DNA from: Camelus ferus
Lineage: Eukaryota
Direction: 5' to 3'
Assembly: GCF_009834535.1 (NCBI RefSeq)
Contig: NC_045697.1
Coordinates: 55,926,001-55,990,000, forward strand
DNA length: 64,000 nucleotides
Shown: piece after piece, positions 37,791 to 50,700 of the stretch
How the letters are laid out: the number at the start of each line of letters is the position of its first letter
How positions within the stretch are numbered: position 1 is the first letter of the stretch
Made by a program: the position numbers and the translations under genes
Notes under the pieces: generated by a model
Databases searched by the model: none
The model's input: only the letters and a program-made list of their open reading frames with translations
Told to the model about the DNA's origin: nothing

Positions 37791-40044
37791 TAGGTGACAT
37801 CCACAATATTCAACATAGTAAAGAAGGCAGGTTCTCCAACCAGGTGTTTTATCACATGTTGGAGATGGCATTGCTAGCCTCAAACAGTCATACCTATAAA
37901 ATCACCTCTGAGACTCATAGTAGGAAAAATACCTTCTCTGCTGCAATCTAGAGAGGTCTAGTTATATTCAGATGACACATAAAAATAATCCTTGGATTCC
38001 TAGAAATGTTTGAGAGGCAGAATGTAAAGCAAGACTGGAATTTTATACATACATACATACATATATATATATACACATATATATACATATACACACATAC
38101 ATACACACACACAAACAAAATATATGGGGAAAAAGGCATTTGGGGGAATGGGCTGTCTCACTTCCACCTTTTGCTTTATATAGTTAAGTATCACTTGAAT
38201 ATTTTCAGTGAGCATATGTTATTTTATAATAAAAATGATCACATTTCATATTTATGATATATCATATTTCATGTTTTGGTATGTGTGTTAAATCATCTAT
38301 TACAGTCTTTAGAAGTTCCTTACTATCTGCATTTAACACTCTCTCCCCCTGAATATGAGTATGGTATATTTACCTTGCTACTCCTATTTTTACCCCATTA
38401 TCTTCTGAGATAAAACTCAAACTTTTGATGCTATGCAGAACTGTTAGTATCTCACTTTAGCCTCTATTCCTACATATCTTGGAAAATGAACTAAAAGGGA
38501 GCTACTTAGAGATTTTAAGAACTCTAAAGGAAGTAGAGTTTGCTTGTTTTTTTTTTTTAATCCTATGAAAGAAGGCACTGATAAATAGATCATAAAAGGA
38601 TCATTAGAGTGATGATTTAACTGTATTTAAGCAAATTATATCCCTTAAACATATGATAGCACTTAACTGTTTAACTGAGTCAGATCTATGGGAAATTGAC
38701 AAAATTTAAGAATTTCTGCTAAATGTTAAGAAAGGATTTATCCATTATAATCCTATATTAATATAGTTGTATATTAATAATTGTAGCCACGACTTATTAA
38801 ATGTCTTCCCTAGGTCAAACCCAATGATAAGCACTTTATATAACCTGTAAAATCTAATCCTCACAAAAGCCTAGTGAAGTATGGTCACAGGGTTAAGTAA
38901 AGTGTTCTACATTACTGGGCTAGAACTGCAGAGCTTACTTCCAAATAAAGGCCTCTCTTACTTTTGATACAATTCTGAAAAATTTCTATGACTCACATTA
39001 AAGTGTATGATAAAATATGGACATACTCCAGTTTTTCAGTAACTCTCAAACATTGTTTGGTCCATGAGTCTCTTAGATAGACCCTCTGGTATCACATGAC
39101 ACCAACGCTCAGAAAACCCATATAATTAAAGGACAAGCTTCAGTGAGATTCAAACTTGGTAGTATCTGTTTCATTATTCATTAGGTAGATTCATTGCATA
39201 TGTGATAAATCACCCAGTAAAGAAGGAGTTTCAACTCATAAAGAACACTGTATCCACACTGTAATTTAATCATTGTCACTGAAGTAAAGATGCTATTGAC
39301 TTTTTCTTTTCACATATCTTTTCTGAATATTTAGGAACACAGGTTATATTGAGGAGTAATTATTACTGCTTTTGTGTTCCCTTAGTATTTTACATGTTTT
39401 TCCTCCAAATCTTTTGCATTTTCTTATAATATTACACAAATAATTATAACCTATCTAGATAAACAGAATGCCAGAATTGGCATAGTCTTAGAAACCATTT
39501 TATTTAAATCTTTAAAAATTTTAATCTATAGAAGAAAAAGAGAATGAGAGTGATAAAATAATTTTGGAAATTAATGAACATAGGGAGAAAGAGATATTGG
39601 TATGCAGTATTCCTTTTTGAAAGTGATTGACTTTGAAATTGGGAAGACATGAGTTCAAGTCTCAAGTCCAAAACTTGGTGTTTGTGCAACCTAAAACAGT
39701 CACTTTTGTGGTTCCCCAGGTTTCTGTCTCACTGAGTTGTAAAGGGTTTAGAACAATGCTTTGCACATAGCAGGCACTCTTTAACTGGTAGATACAGGAA
39801 TACATTGTTTGAATTAGCTACAGCTACCGTTTGCCTCTCAGATACCTTTAGATATCACCATTTTCCTAGTCACAATGGCAGAATATCTTATAGCAGCTCT
39901 AAATAACTTTTCTTTGTGTGATGACATCCTATTTATAGTCATTCATCTGCTCATTTTTAAAATATTTAATGAGGAATTACAATGTATGAGGCATTTTTTT
40001 CTAGATTCTGTGGATATAGATAAGGACAAAACATTAGAACTATA

Positions 40045-40400
40045 TGTCACTCAATTCTTCTCTGTCTCTTAGGAGGTGGAATTTTGTAGAATAAAGCAAG
40101 AGCTTCTCTTGACCTCTGGTTTTTAGTTGGGTTGGCCAATGAGCAAAATCATCAGTTTATAATGGACAGTAGAGGAATGAAGTAATGGTTCTTATTCTGT
40201 TAGCATCCTCCTTACTGAACAGCAGGTTAACTGCATTCAGACAGCTGTTCTCTCCTGTTATCCCTACATGCATATGCATGATAACAGGTTCCCACTGTGC
40301 TTAACCATCCTATATTGATTTTCATTAACTATGCCCACACTTTCTGTGGTTCCTTCTATAACCCATTTGAGTGTGTCATCTCTTTTTAAATTAGCCCCTG
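40045..40400 (+). mobile_element. LTR33A/B-like ERVL LTR fragment
   Basis: cctctggtttttagttgggttggccaatgag motif. Confidence 0.5.
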
Positions 40401-40799
40401 ACGTATACACTTTTACAGGCCATGAGATCACACTTACTGTAGGCACTCTGGGAAGCAGGACCTAGTGGGTCAGAGGAACTAAAGCTGTAACTGAGGACAT
40501 CTGCTTTATTGCCTTTCTACACTTGCCTACACTCACAGAGCTATAAGCTACTATATGGAAAATTCTAGAAACAGAGGCATGCTTTATTTACATTATATGC
40601 CCATAGTGTTTTTTGTACCTCTGGAACTTACATGCTAAAATCAGTTTTGTTAACCTCTGCATCTCACAGTTAGTTTGTTATTCTCCCTTTCTTAGTAACC
40701 TTTCCACTGCCAATTCATTAGTTCTATTAAAAATAAACCCTTCTCCTAGTCAAACAGTATATTTTATAGTAGCTTTTAATAAATATCCCTGTTTTATTG

Positions 40800-41670
40800 C
40801 AGTCATTTATCCACTAATTTTTAAAATGCTCACTGAACAATTTCCAAGTAGCAGGCAATTTTCTAGGTCCTTGGATACAGATAAGGACAAAACATAGGAG
40901 CTATATCCTGAGAGAAGAATAAGCAAGTAAATAAACACAGGAACAAGATAGTTTTAGACTGCTCTATTGCTAGGAAGCAAAAAAAAAAAAAAAAAAAAAT
41001 GGTGATGGGGAAGAAACAACTGTGTTAATTGCCATAAAGAATTTTTTATGTTTGCATGATAGAAAATAAAATGTTAGGGGTGATATGGGCACTTCAGATA
41101 GAATCATCAGGGATGGTGACACTAAAGAGATGACATTTGACTGACTACTGAAGAATGAGCCAGAGCCTGCTGTGCAACAAAGCTAAAAGTTGACTTTCAG
41201 CCAGAAAGACAAACAAATGTGAAGTTCTAGAAGTAGGAAAAAACTTGGACTATTCCAGAGCATTTAAAAAGCAAGTATGAACAGAATATAATGAGCTGTA
41301 AAATTAAATGGGCCAGATCAAGTTGGATTTGCACACCGTAGTAAGGAATTAGAACTATATTGTTAGTATTATGTCAGGTTGATGAAGTATTTACACTGGA
41401 GAATTAGATGATCTGAATTGAGTTTTTTTAAAAGTTCTTTCTGGCTGTTTAGTGGAGGTGAGCTGGAAGGGGGCAGTAGTGGAATCAGGGAAAACAAGAA
41501 CGTCAGGTGGTATTGTTGGAGGTGGAAAAGGGTAGAGAGATTAAGAATGTATTATCGGATTAATTATGTGGATAAAAGAAAGGGTGATATCTGAGATGAC
41601 GCCTATGATTCATCTTTAATAATCATGGAATTATTGGTGACATTAACAGATGGAGAAACTGGGTATTGCC
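40800..41670 (-). mobile_element. L2 3' region
   Basis: gatgacatttga...gaagaatgag; gatgatctgaattgag...ttctttctggctgtt; gacattaacagatggagaaactgg. Confidence 0.7.
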
Positions 41671-41689
41671 TAGTTTTACACATCCTATT

Positions 41690-42390
41690 TCTGAAATCTT
41701 TCTGATCCATGAGCCATTTCTTAGCAGTCTCCTTAATTCAAGTGAGTTCTTCAAGGACTTTAGCAATGGTTTCCCAAATATTATGCAAAATATCTAAGAC
41801 ACTGTTAGAATTATATTGCTGAAGGAGAGTTTCAGAAGCTCCCCCTCCCACTCCCTACTTCCCACCCCTAAAAAAACCCTGCAAAGAATGCTTCTTGATC
41901 AAGAACAGGGCTCCTAGGACTGACAGTCACGGTTCCTGAAAACTGACTCTATTCTAGCCTTATAATTCATTCACCTTTTTCTCTTCTTCACACACCACAA
42001 CATATAAAAGCTTGATGTCCTCCATATTCCCCATGTACCTTCCTACATCCATTCTTTTGCACCTCCTTACTCTGAATAGAATCCCACCACCATGTGATCA
42101 AATCCTTCCTATTACCCAGGGCCCAATGCGAATTCTGTTTTTTCCATTGATAATCTCCTTTTTTTTACAAATGGAAGAAATTTCTCTCTCATCTGAACAT
42201 CAATAATGCTTTATTTATTCCTGTTTGTGCCCCTTAACTCCTTCTACCTTATATTATTATTTGAAATGATTATGAATATTCTCTATTATGAGTGTTCATT
42301 ATGAGAAGAATTCTGATTAACTTATCTGTACCCGAAGCATTTACCCACATTAGTGTCTCAAAAAATGTTGAAGTACTAAATGAACAAAAA
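41690..42390 (+). mobile_element. L2 fragment
   Basis: Pyrimidine-rich L2-like body ending cacattagtgtctcaaaaaatgttg. Confidence 0.45.
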
Positions 42391-43059
42391 ATTAGAAGAT
42401 ATTTAGTAAAATTATGTATCTATTAAACTGAAGGAAATTAACAGTGTTGGGTCAAATTGATTCCTGAGATACACTGAATCAGTCAATGGAATGTGACCCA
42501 GATGTTAGCCAGTGTTACTCTGTTCTTGGGACTTTAAACACAATTGGATATATCCGTCTGCTTCTTATGGAACTTACAATGACCTCAACATTTCCATGAA
42601 TTTGTAAAGGACTCTGGTTAATACAGCTACTTTTGATTCTGAGTTCCTGCTCTTGCTAAGGACGCAATTCCTTTTGCTCCTCAGCCCTTTTTATGGCTGT
42701 CTTTTTTCTTCTGTTTCACAAGTCAAGATGTGGAACTCAATCCTATTTCCGTGATTAAAATTAAACACTTCAAAAAGCACAGGAACAAAACAGTAAAAAT
42801 TGGGAAATATGTGTATGTAAAGCATCATTTGGTTAAGGGAAAAATTCTTTATCCAGGTTGCTGGTCTCCTTTTCCAGCTTTGACTTCTTCCCAGCTCCCA
42901 GCACCTTTATGTCCAGGACCTAGAACCCCCTCACCCGGGTTTCTTGCCTTTTTCTTTCCCCACCCAAAGCAAAGAAAACAAAATTCAGACTCCTTCATTT
43001 TTTATGGAGACTGATTCAGCTCTCCATCCCCAGCTCAGCCCCAGACCTCACTTATATTT

Positions 43060-44620
43060 TTACACCAAACAATCAATTATATTTTGATGAAATTAAGAAA
43101 TGAGGGGAAAATTTTATCAGTATTTCCTCATATATTTACCTCATTCAGTACTCACCATTTGAAAGGATCTAAGTTTTCTTATGATACCATCTATTTCTTG
43201 TAAGGCAGTTTTACTGGTGACAAATTCCAAAGATTTTTTTTTTAATCTGAAAGTATTTTATTCCATTTTCAAATGATAGTCTCATTGGGCATAGGATTCT
43301 AGATCAATTCATTTTTTAGCCCTTTAAAATGTTATATATTGCCTTCTTGCTTACATTTTTCTGAAAAGAAGTCAGCAAACTTTTATTTTGTTACCACCCT
43401 GTATATAATTTCTCCTCTAGTTGCCTTCAATATTTCTTAATCTTTGTTTTGGAAATTTTATTGTGATATGCTTAGCTGTGGTTATCTTTATGCATTTCTC
43501 ACTTAAGAGTCATTGTTCTTCTGGAATCTGTGTTGATATTTTCATCAGAATTGGGGGAAAATTAGCCATTATTTCTTCAAATATTTTTGTGCTCCCATCT
43601 CTCTTCTCTGTTCTTTGCCTCAGACTGCATTTGTTAGACTGTGGATATTGTCCAAAACAACACTGAGACTCTACTCATGTTTTGTTTTTTTTTTTTTTAG
43701 TATTTTTTAAAATATTCTGTTCTTCGGTTACATGGTTTCTATTGACCTGTCTCCAGAATTACTGATATTTTCTTGCTAATTCTGCTTCTGTTGACTCTTT
43801 TTTTGTCTCCTGGTTAAGTCATATTTACCTGCCTCTTTATATCTAGTAATATTTTACTGTTTGCTAGATATTGTAGTTGTCATGTTTTGAGGATATTTAA
43901 ATTTTGTTGTTTTCTACTAGTAATACTAAACTTATTTCTGAGAGGTGGTTAGCATATAATGGCTCATATTTATCCTGACAAAGCTTAGTTTTTAAGCTTT
44001 GACTGGGTGGATCTATAGTAAACCATACTCTGAGCATAAATAGCCATATATCCTAAGAGTGGGTTTCCTGAGGTTCTGATGAAATTCTTGGAGTTTTCTT
44101 TCTGTTTCCTCCATTCTAGTAGGCCAGAAGTCTAACATCTTTCAATAACATGTGACTTCCAAAATCTGCGTTCAGCTTGTAGTTCCCAAGTATGTGCCTT
44201 CTACCAGGATTAGCAGGATCTTGTATTGATTATATGAAGCTTAGTGTTTGGCCAAAGGCTCAAAGGACTCTCTGTAAAAATGTATGTGGCTCATTGTCTA
44301 TACAGATCTCTCCTCTCCATTAGCCACTCCAGTAAATTCCATCAGCTTCAGCAGCCATGAACTCCAGTCTATTTCCTCTACCTAGTTAACGTCACTACTT
44401 GTGAAGCTTCACTTCCCTGTACTGTGGTTTCAAATGTGCCCCCATGCAAAAAGCCTGTATGACTGCAGAGCTCACCCCATATGTTTCCCTTTGGCCAAGG
44501 ACCACAGTCCTGTGCTATCTAATGTTGTCCAGTGCCAAAAATGTATTTTGTCTTTTTATATTTGTTTACAGCAAGGGGTTACATTTAATATCCAACATGG
44601 TCAGAATCAGAAATATCAAG
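43060..44620 (-). mobile_element. Old L1 (L1ME-like) ORF1/5' region
   Basis: tctgaaaagaagtcagc; gggaaaattagccattatttcttcaaatatttt. Confidence 0.7.
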
Positions 44621-46169
44621 TTAATACTTGAAACATCTGGAATAAACTTATATCTTCATTTATATGTAAAAAGATAAAATTTTGAATGTGAGAAGATTGT
44701 GTTCATTGCAATGGGCATTTTTGCAATCAAAATTTTGTCTCTGTATAAATGAGGCCACAATAAGTTGTTAATTTGGTGGAATATGAATAATTTTTAGAAA
44801 CTTTCAAGCTATATCTCTAATGCAAAACGCATTTTGTTACTATTTAGTTATATCCTTGTTACTCTAACTTGTAATTTTCTGCTAATAGGTAATACAATAT
44901 AAATGTCATATTGATCAACCCTGTCACTGGTCTTAATACACTTATAATTATGTTTTAACATTTTCTTATTGATTCTTTGAGGGCCAGAGGGAAAACTTAA
45001 ATCAATTATATCTCTTACTGTTTGAGTACAATCAAGGGTTTTTTGCTGTTAAATTATATTGACCTATAGTTTGTAGAGCGTATCTCCTTGCTTTGATTTT
45101 CCCCCTAATATTCACTTCAGGTAGATTCTGTATAAAGATGAAAAGCAAAGGAAAAGAAAAGTAGTCTAGGAAAAGTAAAAGAGTCATTTAATAAAAATGA
45201 TATCAAAGGTAATTTGTAAAGTTTATTCTCATACAATTAGGCATTTGTATACCGTTGTATACAAGTACAAAGCTGAAGTAAAAATTGGAGCACATTTGCA
45301 AAAACTTTTATTTTAAAATGTAATTCTACATTCATTTTTGCTCCTTCTTTCAAATGAGAAAAAATTGGATTTTTAATTACAGAATTTAGGAAATAAAGCA
45401 ATTATAGGATTTTAATTGCTGGAAGAGGATTTATTGGCACACAGCTAGCATAGCATCACTATCTTTATAAAGTTTAAACCTCAGATCTCTATACCAAGCC
45501 TTGAGCAGGGAATTGAGAAGTGCTTCTAGGAAGAATGAATACTTTGCAGTGTATCCATATACTTATATATGTATAGTAAGCCCCGTGAAGCTAAGCAGTT
45601 ATTTTCTCTTGATTTTTCTCGATGTATGTTGTCAACATTTGTTTTCCAAGTAGGTTATTTATTAATTCAGCTTCTATTCATAGGACACTAATTTTGTGGC
45701 AGACATGCTAGGCAGCAATAATGCAGAGATGAATAAGGTGCTATCCTTGCCCCAAAGAACTTAGTGCAAGAGGGAAAGCAGACATAAATACTCATTTATA
45801 ATAAAGCGCTATAGTTACAGAAATAGATGAATAAACAGAGCCCTGCTGGGGCACGGAAGAAGACATCCATCCATATCTTATGTTTTAACTCAATGACTCT
45901 CATTGATTGCTCTCTCTATGTCAGTCACTGCTCTAGAGCTTATGGTAAAAAAGAGTATTGAACTTGTATCTTACAACCAAGTTATATCTGGCTCTACTAC
46001 TTCCTAGATGAAAAGTCATCTCATCTTTCTGAGAGTTATTTTCTTTATCTGTACTACAGGAATAATAATATCCAATTATAAGTTTATTATGAAGATTAGT
46101 TTAGATCATAAATGAGTTAGAATCTATGAAAACTGTAAAACCTTAGTCAAGCATAAGATGACTATGTAT

Positions 46170-46200
46170 TTTTTTTTATTTGAGGGGGGTAATTAGATAT

Positions 46201-46236
<36 letters not shown>

Positions 46237-46315
46237 ATGGAGGTAGTGGGGATTGAACCCAGGACCTCCTACATGCTAAGCACATGCTCTGCCCCAGAGC
46301 TATACTCTCCCCACC
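46170..46315 (-). mobile_element. tRNA-derived camelid SINE (Vic-1-like), full length
   Basis: Minus strand gtatagctctggggcagagc (A box) and gggttcaatcccc (B box), (TAAA)n, A tail; imperfect TSD agatgactatgt / agattactatat. Confidence 0.88.
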
Positions 46316-46349
46316 AGATTACTATATTTTTTAACATAGCCATTTGCCC

Positions 46350-47795
46350 CATTTCACAGTCATATCACCTTTATTTTGGTAGTAAAATATACCACATGTA
46401 AAACTAGTACCTAAAACAAAATTGTGCAATTCAATGATTTACCAGAATACATATACCTAGGTAGCCTTCGCTCAGGTTAGGAAATTGTCAAAAGTCCAGA
46501 AACCACTCTCATGCCCCTTACTCAAATCACCGTTTCATTCCTCTGAAGGTAGCCACTATTCGGAACTTGATTTTAATTCTTTCCAAGTTTTAAAAATATT
46601 TTTACCAGCAGAACATGCATCCCTAAACCCCATTTTTGCCTGACTTTTAACATGACATAAATAGAATCATACTGTATGTATTCTTTTGTGTCTGGCATAA
46701 TTTGTTCAAAGATATTTATGAGATTGACAGATATTGTTGTATATAGCTGGAAATTAGTTATTTTATTGAAGTTTAGTATTCCATCCTGTAAGTATAATAT
46801 AATTTATCCATTCAACAGTTGATGGCCACTTAAATTCTTTCCATAATTTAAAAACCATGAGCTCACTCCAATTCCAATCCAGTCCCTGAGGTTTATTCTG
46901 ATTTTTTTCCTTTTCCATATTTTAACTCCCTTCTCTGACAGTGAGAAATCTTGCTCCAATTATCCTTACTAAGCTAGCTATTATGAGTACACCTCTCCTT
47001 TATAACCAGTCTACTACCACCAATAATACTCTCTGTCTATCCAAATGCCTTTCATGCCCCACTCGGATTCCAGTACTCTACGCTAGTGCAACCCATGAAA
47101 CATAAGTGCAACACCTGACGGTCACACTCTTCAGGCTTCAGCACCCTGTGGCAGAGCACTCCAGCCTAAGTACATCCCCTCTCCCTGTTTGGGCTCTCAA
47201 TCTCACGTTAGGCCACAAAGTCCTCTCATCTGCAGCAGATTCTGTGTCCTCACATAATGGCGTGTAGACAGAAAATTTCAAGAATAAAAAGAAAGGAAAA
47301 GGAAGGGAAAAAAAGGGTAGGCTATGCATAATTTACACTTTAATAGAAAATGCAAGACTTTTTAAACATAGTTGTTCCACTTCAACCAACAGGTCAGATG
47401 ATTTACCTATATAATTTATTGTTTAAAATAAGATACTTTGAAAAATAAAAATGTAGCCCTTTTAGAAAAAAATATGCTGGAAAAATTAACTTTAGCCAAG
47501 ATTTTATTAGACAAACTGAGATATTCTTGTCACCCAAAGCATGAAAGTTTCTAGTTTTGTGCATCCTCAGCAAGACTTGTAGTGATTAGTTTTAATGTTT
47601 ACCCTTTAAGTTTTTCAGTAGTGATACCTCATTGTGATTTTAGTTGCATTCCTCTACATACTAATGCCACATATTAATGGTTTTTGATCATTGAGCTATC
47701 TTTTTCAAGGAGAGTGTATCCAAGTCTTATCCATTCTTATAATGGGCTGTCTTTTTTCATTGGTTTGTAAGTGTTATTTCAAGATTCTTGATTAT
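46350..47795 (-). mobile_element. Old L1 3' fragments (L1ME/L1MC4-like, composite)
   Basis: aaatagaatcatactgtatgtattcttttgtgtctggc; cccttctctgacagtgagaaa; cctcattgtgattttagttgcatt. Confidence 0.7.
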
Positions 47796-50700
47796 GGAGT
47801 TTCTCACCTTCATTTTTCAACTCAAAATAAATTTAGTTCAAGTAAATTCATTCCAGATAAGTGGGAAATTCATTAACCACTGTGGGTGTCTCACATATCC
47901 AGAATTATTAAACATTCCAGGACCATGGTGTCAACTTTTCATTCAAATATCATACTCAAGTGGAGAGAACATACTTCATAGCTCACCTATCTGCTACTAA
48001 TATCTGATGTTGCTGTCGAGAGCTGGCATTCTGTATTCACACAAATAACATTCTTACAATGTAGTGATTCCTTACTGCCTCAGTTCTATTCACAGGCCAC
48101 CAAGGACTTCCCCCTTTATTCCCATTCTCAGGCATGTTGTCCAGAACACAAAGCCTGGGTTAGGAGAATGGCTTTGGAAGATCTACCAGAATTAATCAGA
48201 AGACACACTGAAACATTTCCCTGCCATGATCTTGAGTTCCTTGTTTTGAGCTCAGATCACTATCCTATGCTAGGTTACACCACATTTCTTTTGGGTGGTT
48301 TGATTAAAGAAGTTGCATGATCTGCCTCTCCCACTGAGACTTAGGTTAGGCCACCCTAGGCCAGTCCAACTTGTAGCCCTAAATACAGAAGCCATCAGTA
48401 GTCACCCATATGCCTATGACCTTTCAGGTACTAGTTTCTGCATTTCTGGATCTGAGCACTTTTTTTCCCCAGAACACTGGAAAAAGGATCTGCCTGTGTT
48501 CACCTGGGAAGAAGTATACCAGTGAATTAACATCACTCTTTTCCCCTGAAGTAGTTCTCAATCAGTGACCCCAAGAAGTTGATCTGTAAATAAATAGCAC
48601 AGAGCCCTCACCCCTTGAGAGAGAGAATTCTGAGTCAGATGTTAAGAGGAAATACAATGCAGTTTCTTATTGTGGTGACTGACTTACTAATATACACTCT
48701 AACTACCTTCTCCTCCCTGTAACGCTTTCTCATTCTGCAAGATTCCCAGTACCTCTCCCCAAAACTACTAGTGCTGAAATACTGTGTCTCAGCATTAGCT
48801 TACAGAGGAACCCAAATTAAGAATTCTAACTCTCTATGCCAGATAAATGTCATCTGCACAGTCTTTAGTTATCAACTGTGAAAAGAATCTCAAGGAGTAA
48901 CACCTTGATAGAATCTGAAATGATTTTGTTACATAATAATCCAAAGGCAGTGACTGGCTATGTCCTCTACATCTCCCTTAAAGGGAATTTCTTACTTGAA
49001 CTTTCACAAGATGAAAAAGTTCAGCTTGTTTAATTAAAAATAAAAACTTCCTGAAAAAATATGACATATCTCCTATGATCTCTGTTCCTTTTCTCTGATT
49101 TGTCCTTTAGGTGGAGTCAGTCTTATACAGGATTGCAGTTCAGCCATAAACTGTTGTACTTCTGTTAAAATATTCAAATATCTCTGTGCTGATTGCTAAA
49201 CACCCATCTCCTGAGGTCCTAAGCTTCCCACTATCTGCTGCTTGAGCTACTTTAACATCTTCCCTGGGACTTCAGAATGCCCCATGATGCAGAGAGAAAG
49301 AGGTTAATGCCAGGACAGAAGGGTTTCTAGGATTAATTTCTAGGATCTGGGTCCAGTTTTACAGCATGAGGATCCTCTGACTGGTCAGTGCCAGTGTAGT
49401 TTTGTAGACAGCTTGTTAAACATTTTAAACACCTATACAATTTTTTATCTCAGCCCTTATTTGCTTAGCTAATTCTTCTTTACCCTTCACCTTAGATATC
49501 CTCAGAGAATCCCTTTGTGACCACTTCTCTAAAACAACAAAGTGCACTTTCCTAGTTAGCTCTACAAGATGCAAAATCATCTAGTTCAAAAAGTTTGGTA
49601 ACTACTAGACTTAATGAAGTTACACATTTATTTTTCTTTAGTGTAGGCCTACTCTGACTTTTTAATATGCTGATAACAGTTGTCAAGCATTGATTTCAAC
49701 AGGCAGTATCTCTCCAACCTAGTTAACTAGTAATAGAACATGTACTAATGTTTTATATGCTTAACATTAGAGGAACACAAATATTTTGATGTAAATAGCT
49801 TAGAGTATATAGTGTCATATACATCAGACAAGTATTTGACCGTTATATTTTCAAGGGAAAAAAAGATGAAAGAGAAGGACAAAAATAAGAACCAATTCAA
49901 TCAAATGACAGTAACGTTTTATATGATAAAGAGTTTTATAATGCCAAAATGTTTGACGTGGATTAATGATGTCAATATAAAGTAGTTATAGGTATAAGAC
50001 ACATGTAACTCTTGCTATGTCATTTGAATATTAAAGCTGAAAAATGATTTCTTTGACTGCTGGCAGCCTTAGTGTAATATAATATGCTATTATCCTTCAG
50101 CTGTCAGTCATTATGGGATTTTAATTTAATTTTAATATTACATTTTATGGACTTATTTATTCTCTGTTTACTTGGTGAATCCAGCAATTATTTACAATAA
50201 TAAAACTGTATATTTAAAAAAATAACTCATTGAATAACATTTAGTTAATGAATGCTCAAAGATTTACTATATGTTATTCATGGAGCTAAGGTAGAGACTC
50301 TGGACTAGGTGAAGAATTTACAATACTTTAAAAATGATGTTAAAATTAGTGAAGCATGCTGAGATTATGATTATCTTGCCAACACCTGGCTGAAATGATG
50401 TACAACACAAGTTCATAAAGTGGTGAAGAAGCATAAATTATAATTTGGTAGGCATTTTTCCTTTTGAAAAAAATGAAAATTTAGTATAATGAATGTCTGA
50501 AATAAGATTTAGCAAGTAGTGTATTTTATATCTGTAACTTACATACATCTTCTATTGGTGTTTGTGTGTGTGTCTGTGTACACACACAAACGTAATATGA
50601 TATTAAAATCTGAATTTGGGGTAGATGAGGCAGAATAAAACAGAACTATAGATGCTCTCTTTTCCAATACACAATGAAATAAAAAAATATTGAAATAAAA

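Noticed and set aside
46240..46315. tRNA gene
   Set aside because: The A/B boxes belong to a SINE with a tail and TSD; the arms are mutated.
48996..49050. Minus-strand 55-nt exon (ttttttcag|...|gtaaga)
   Set aside because: Very AT-rich, intron-like composition with no supporting context.
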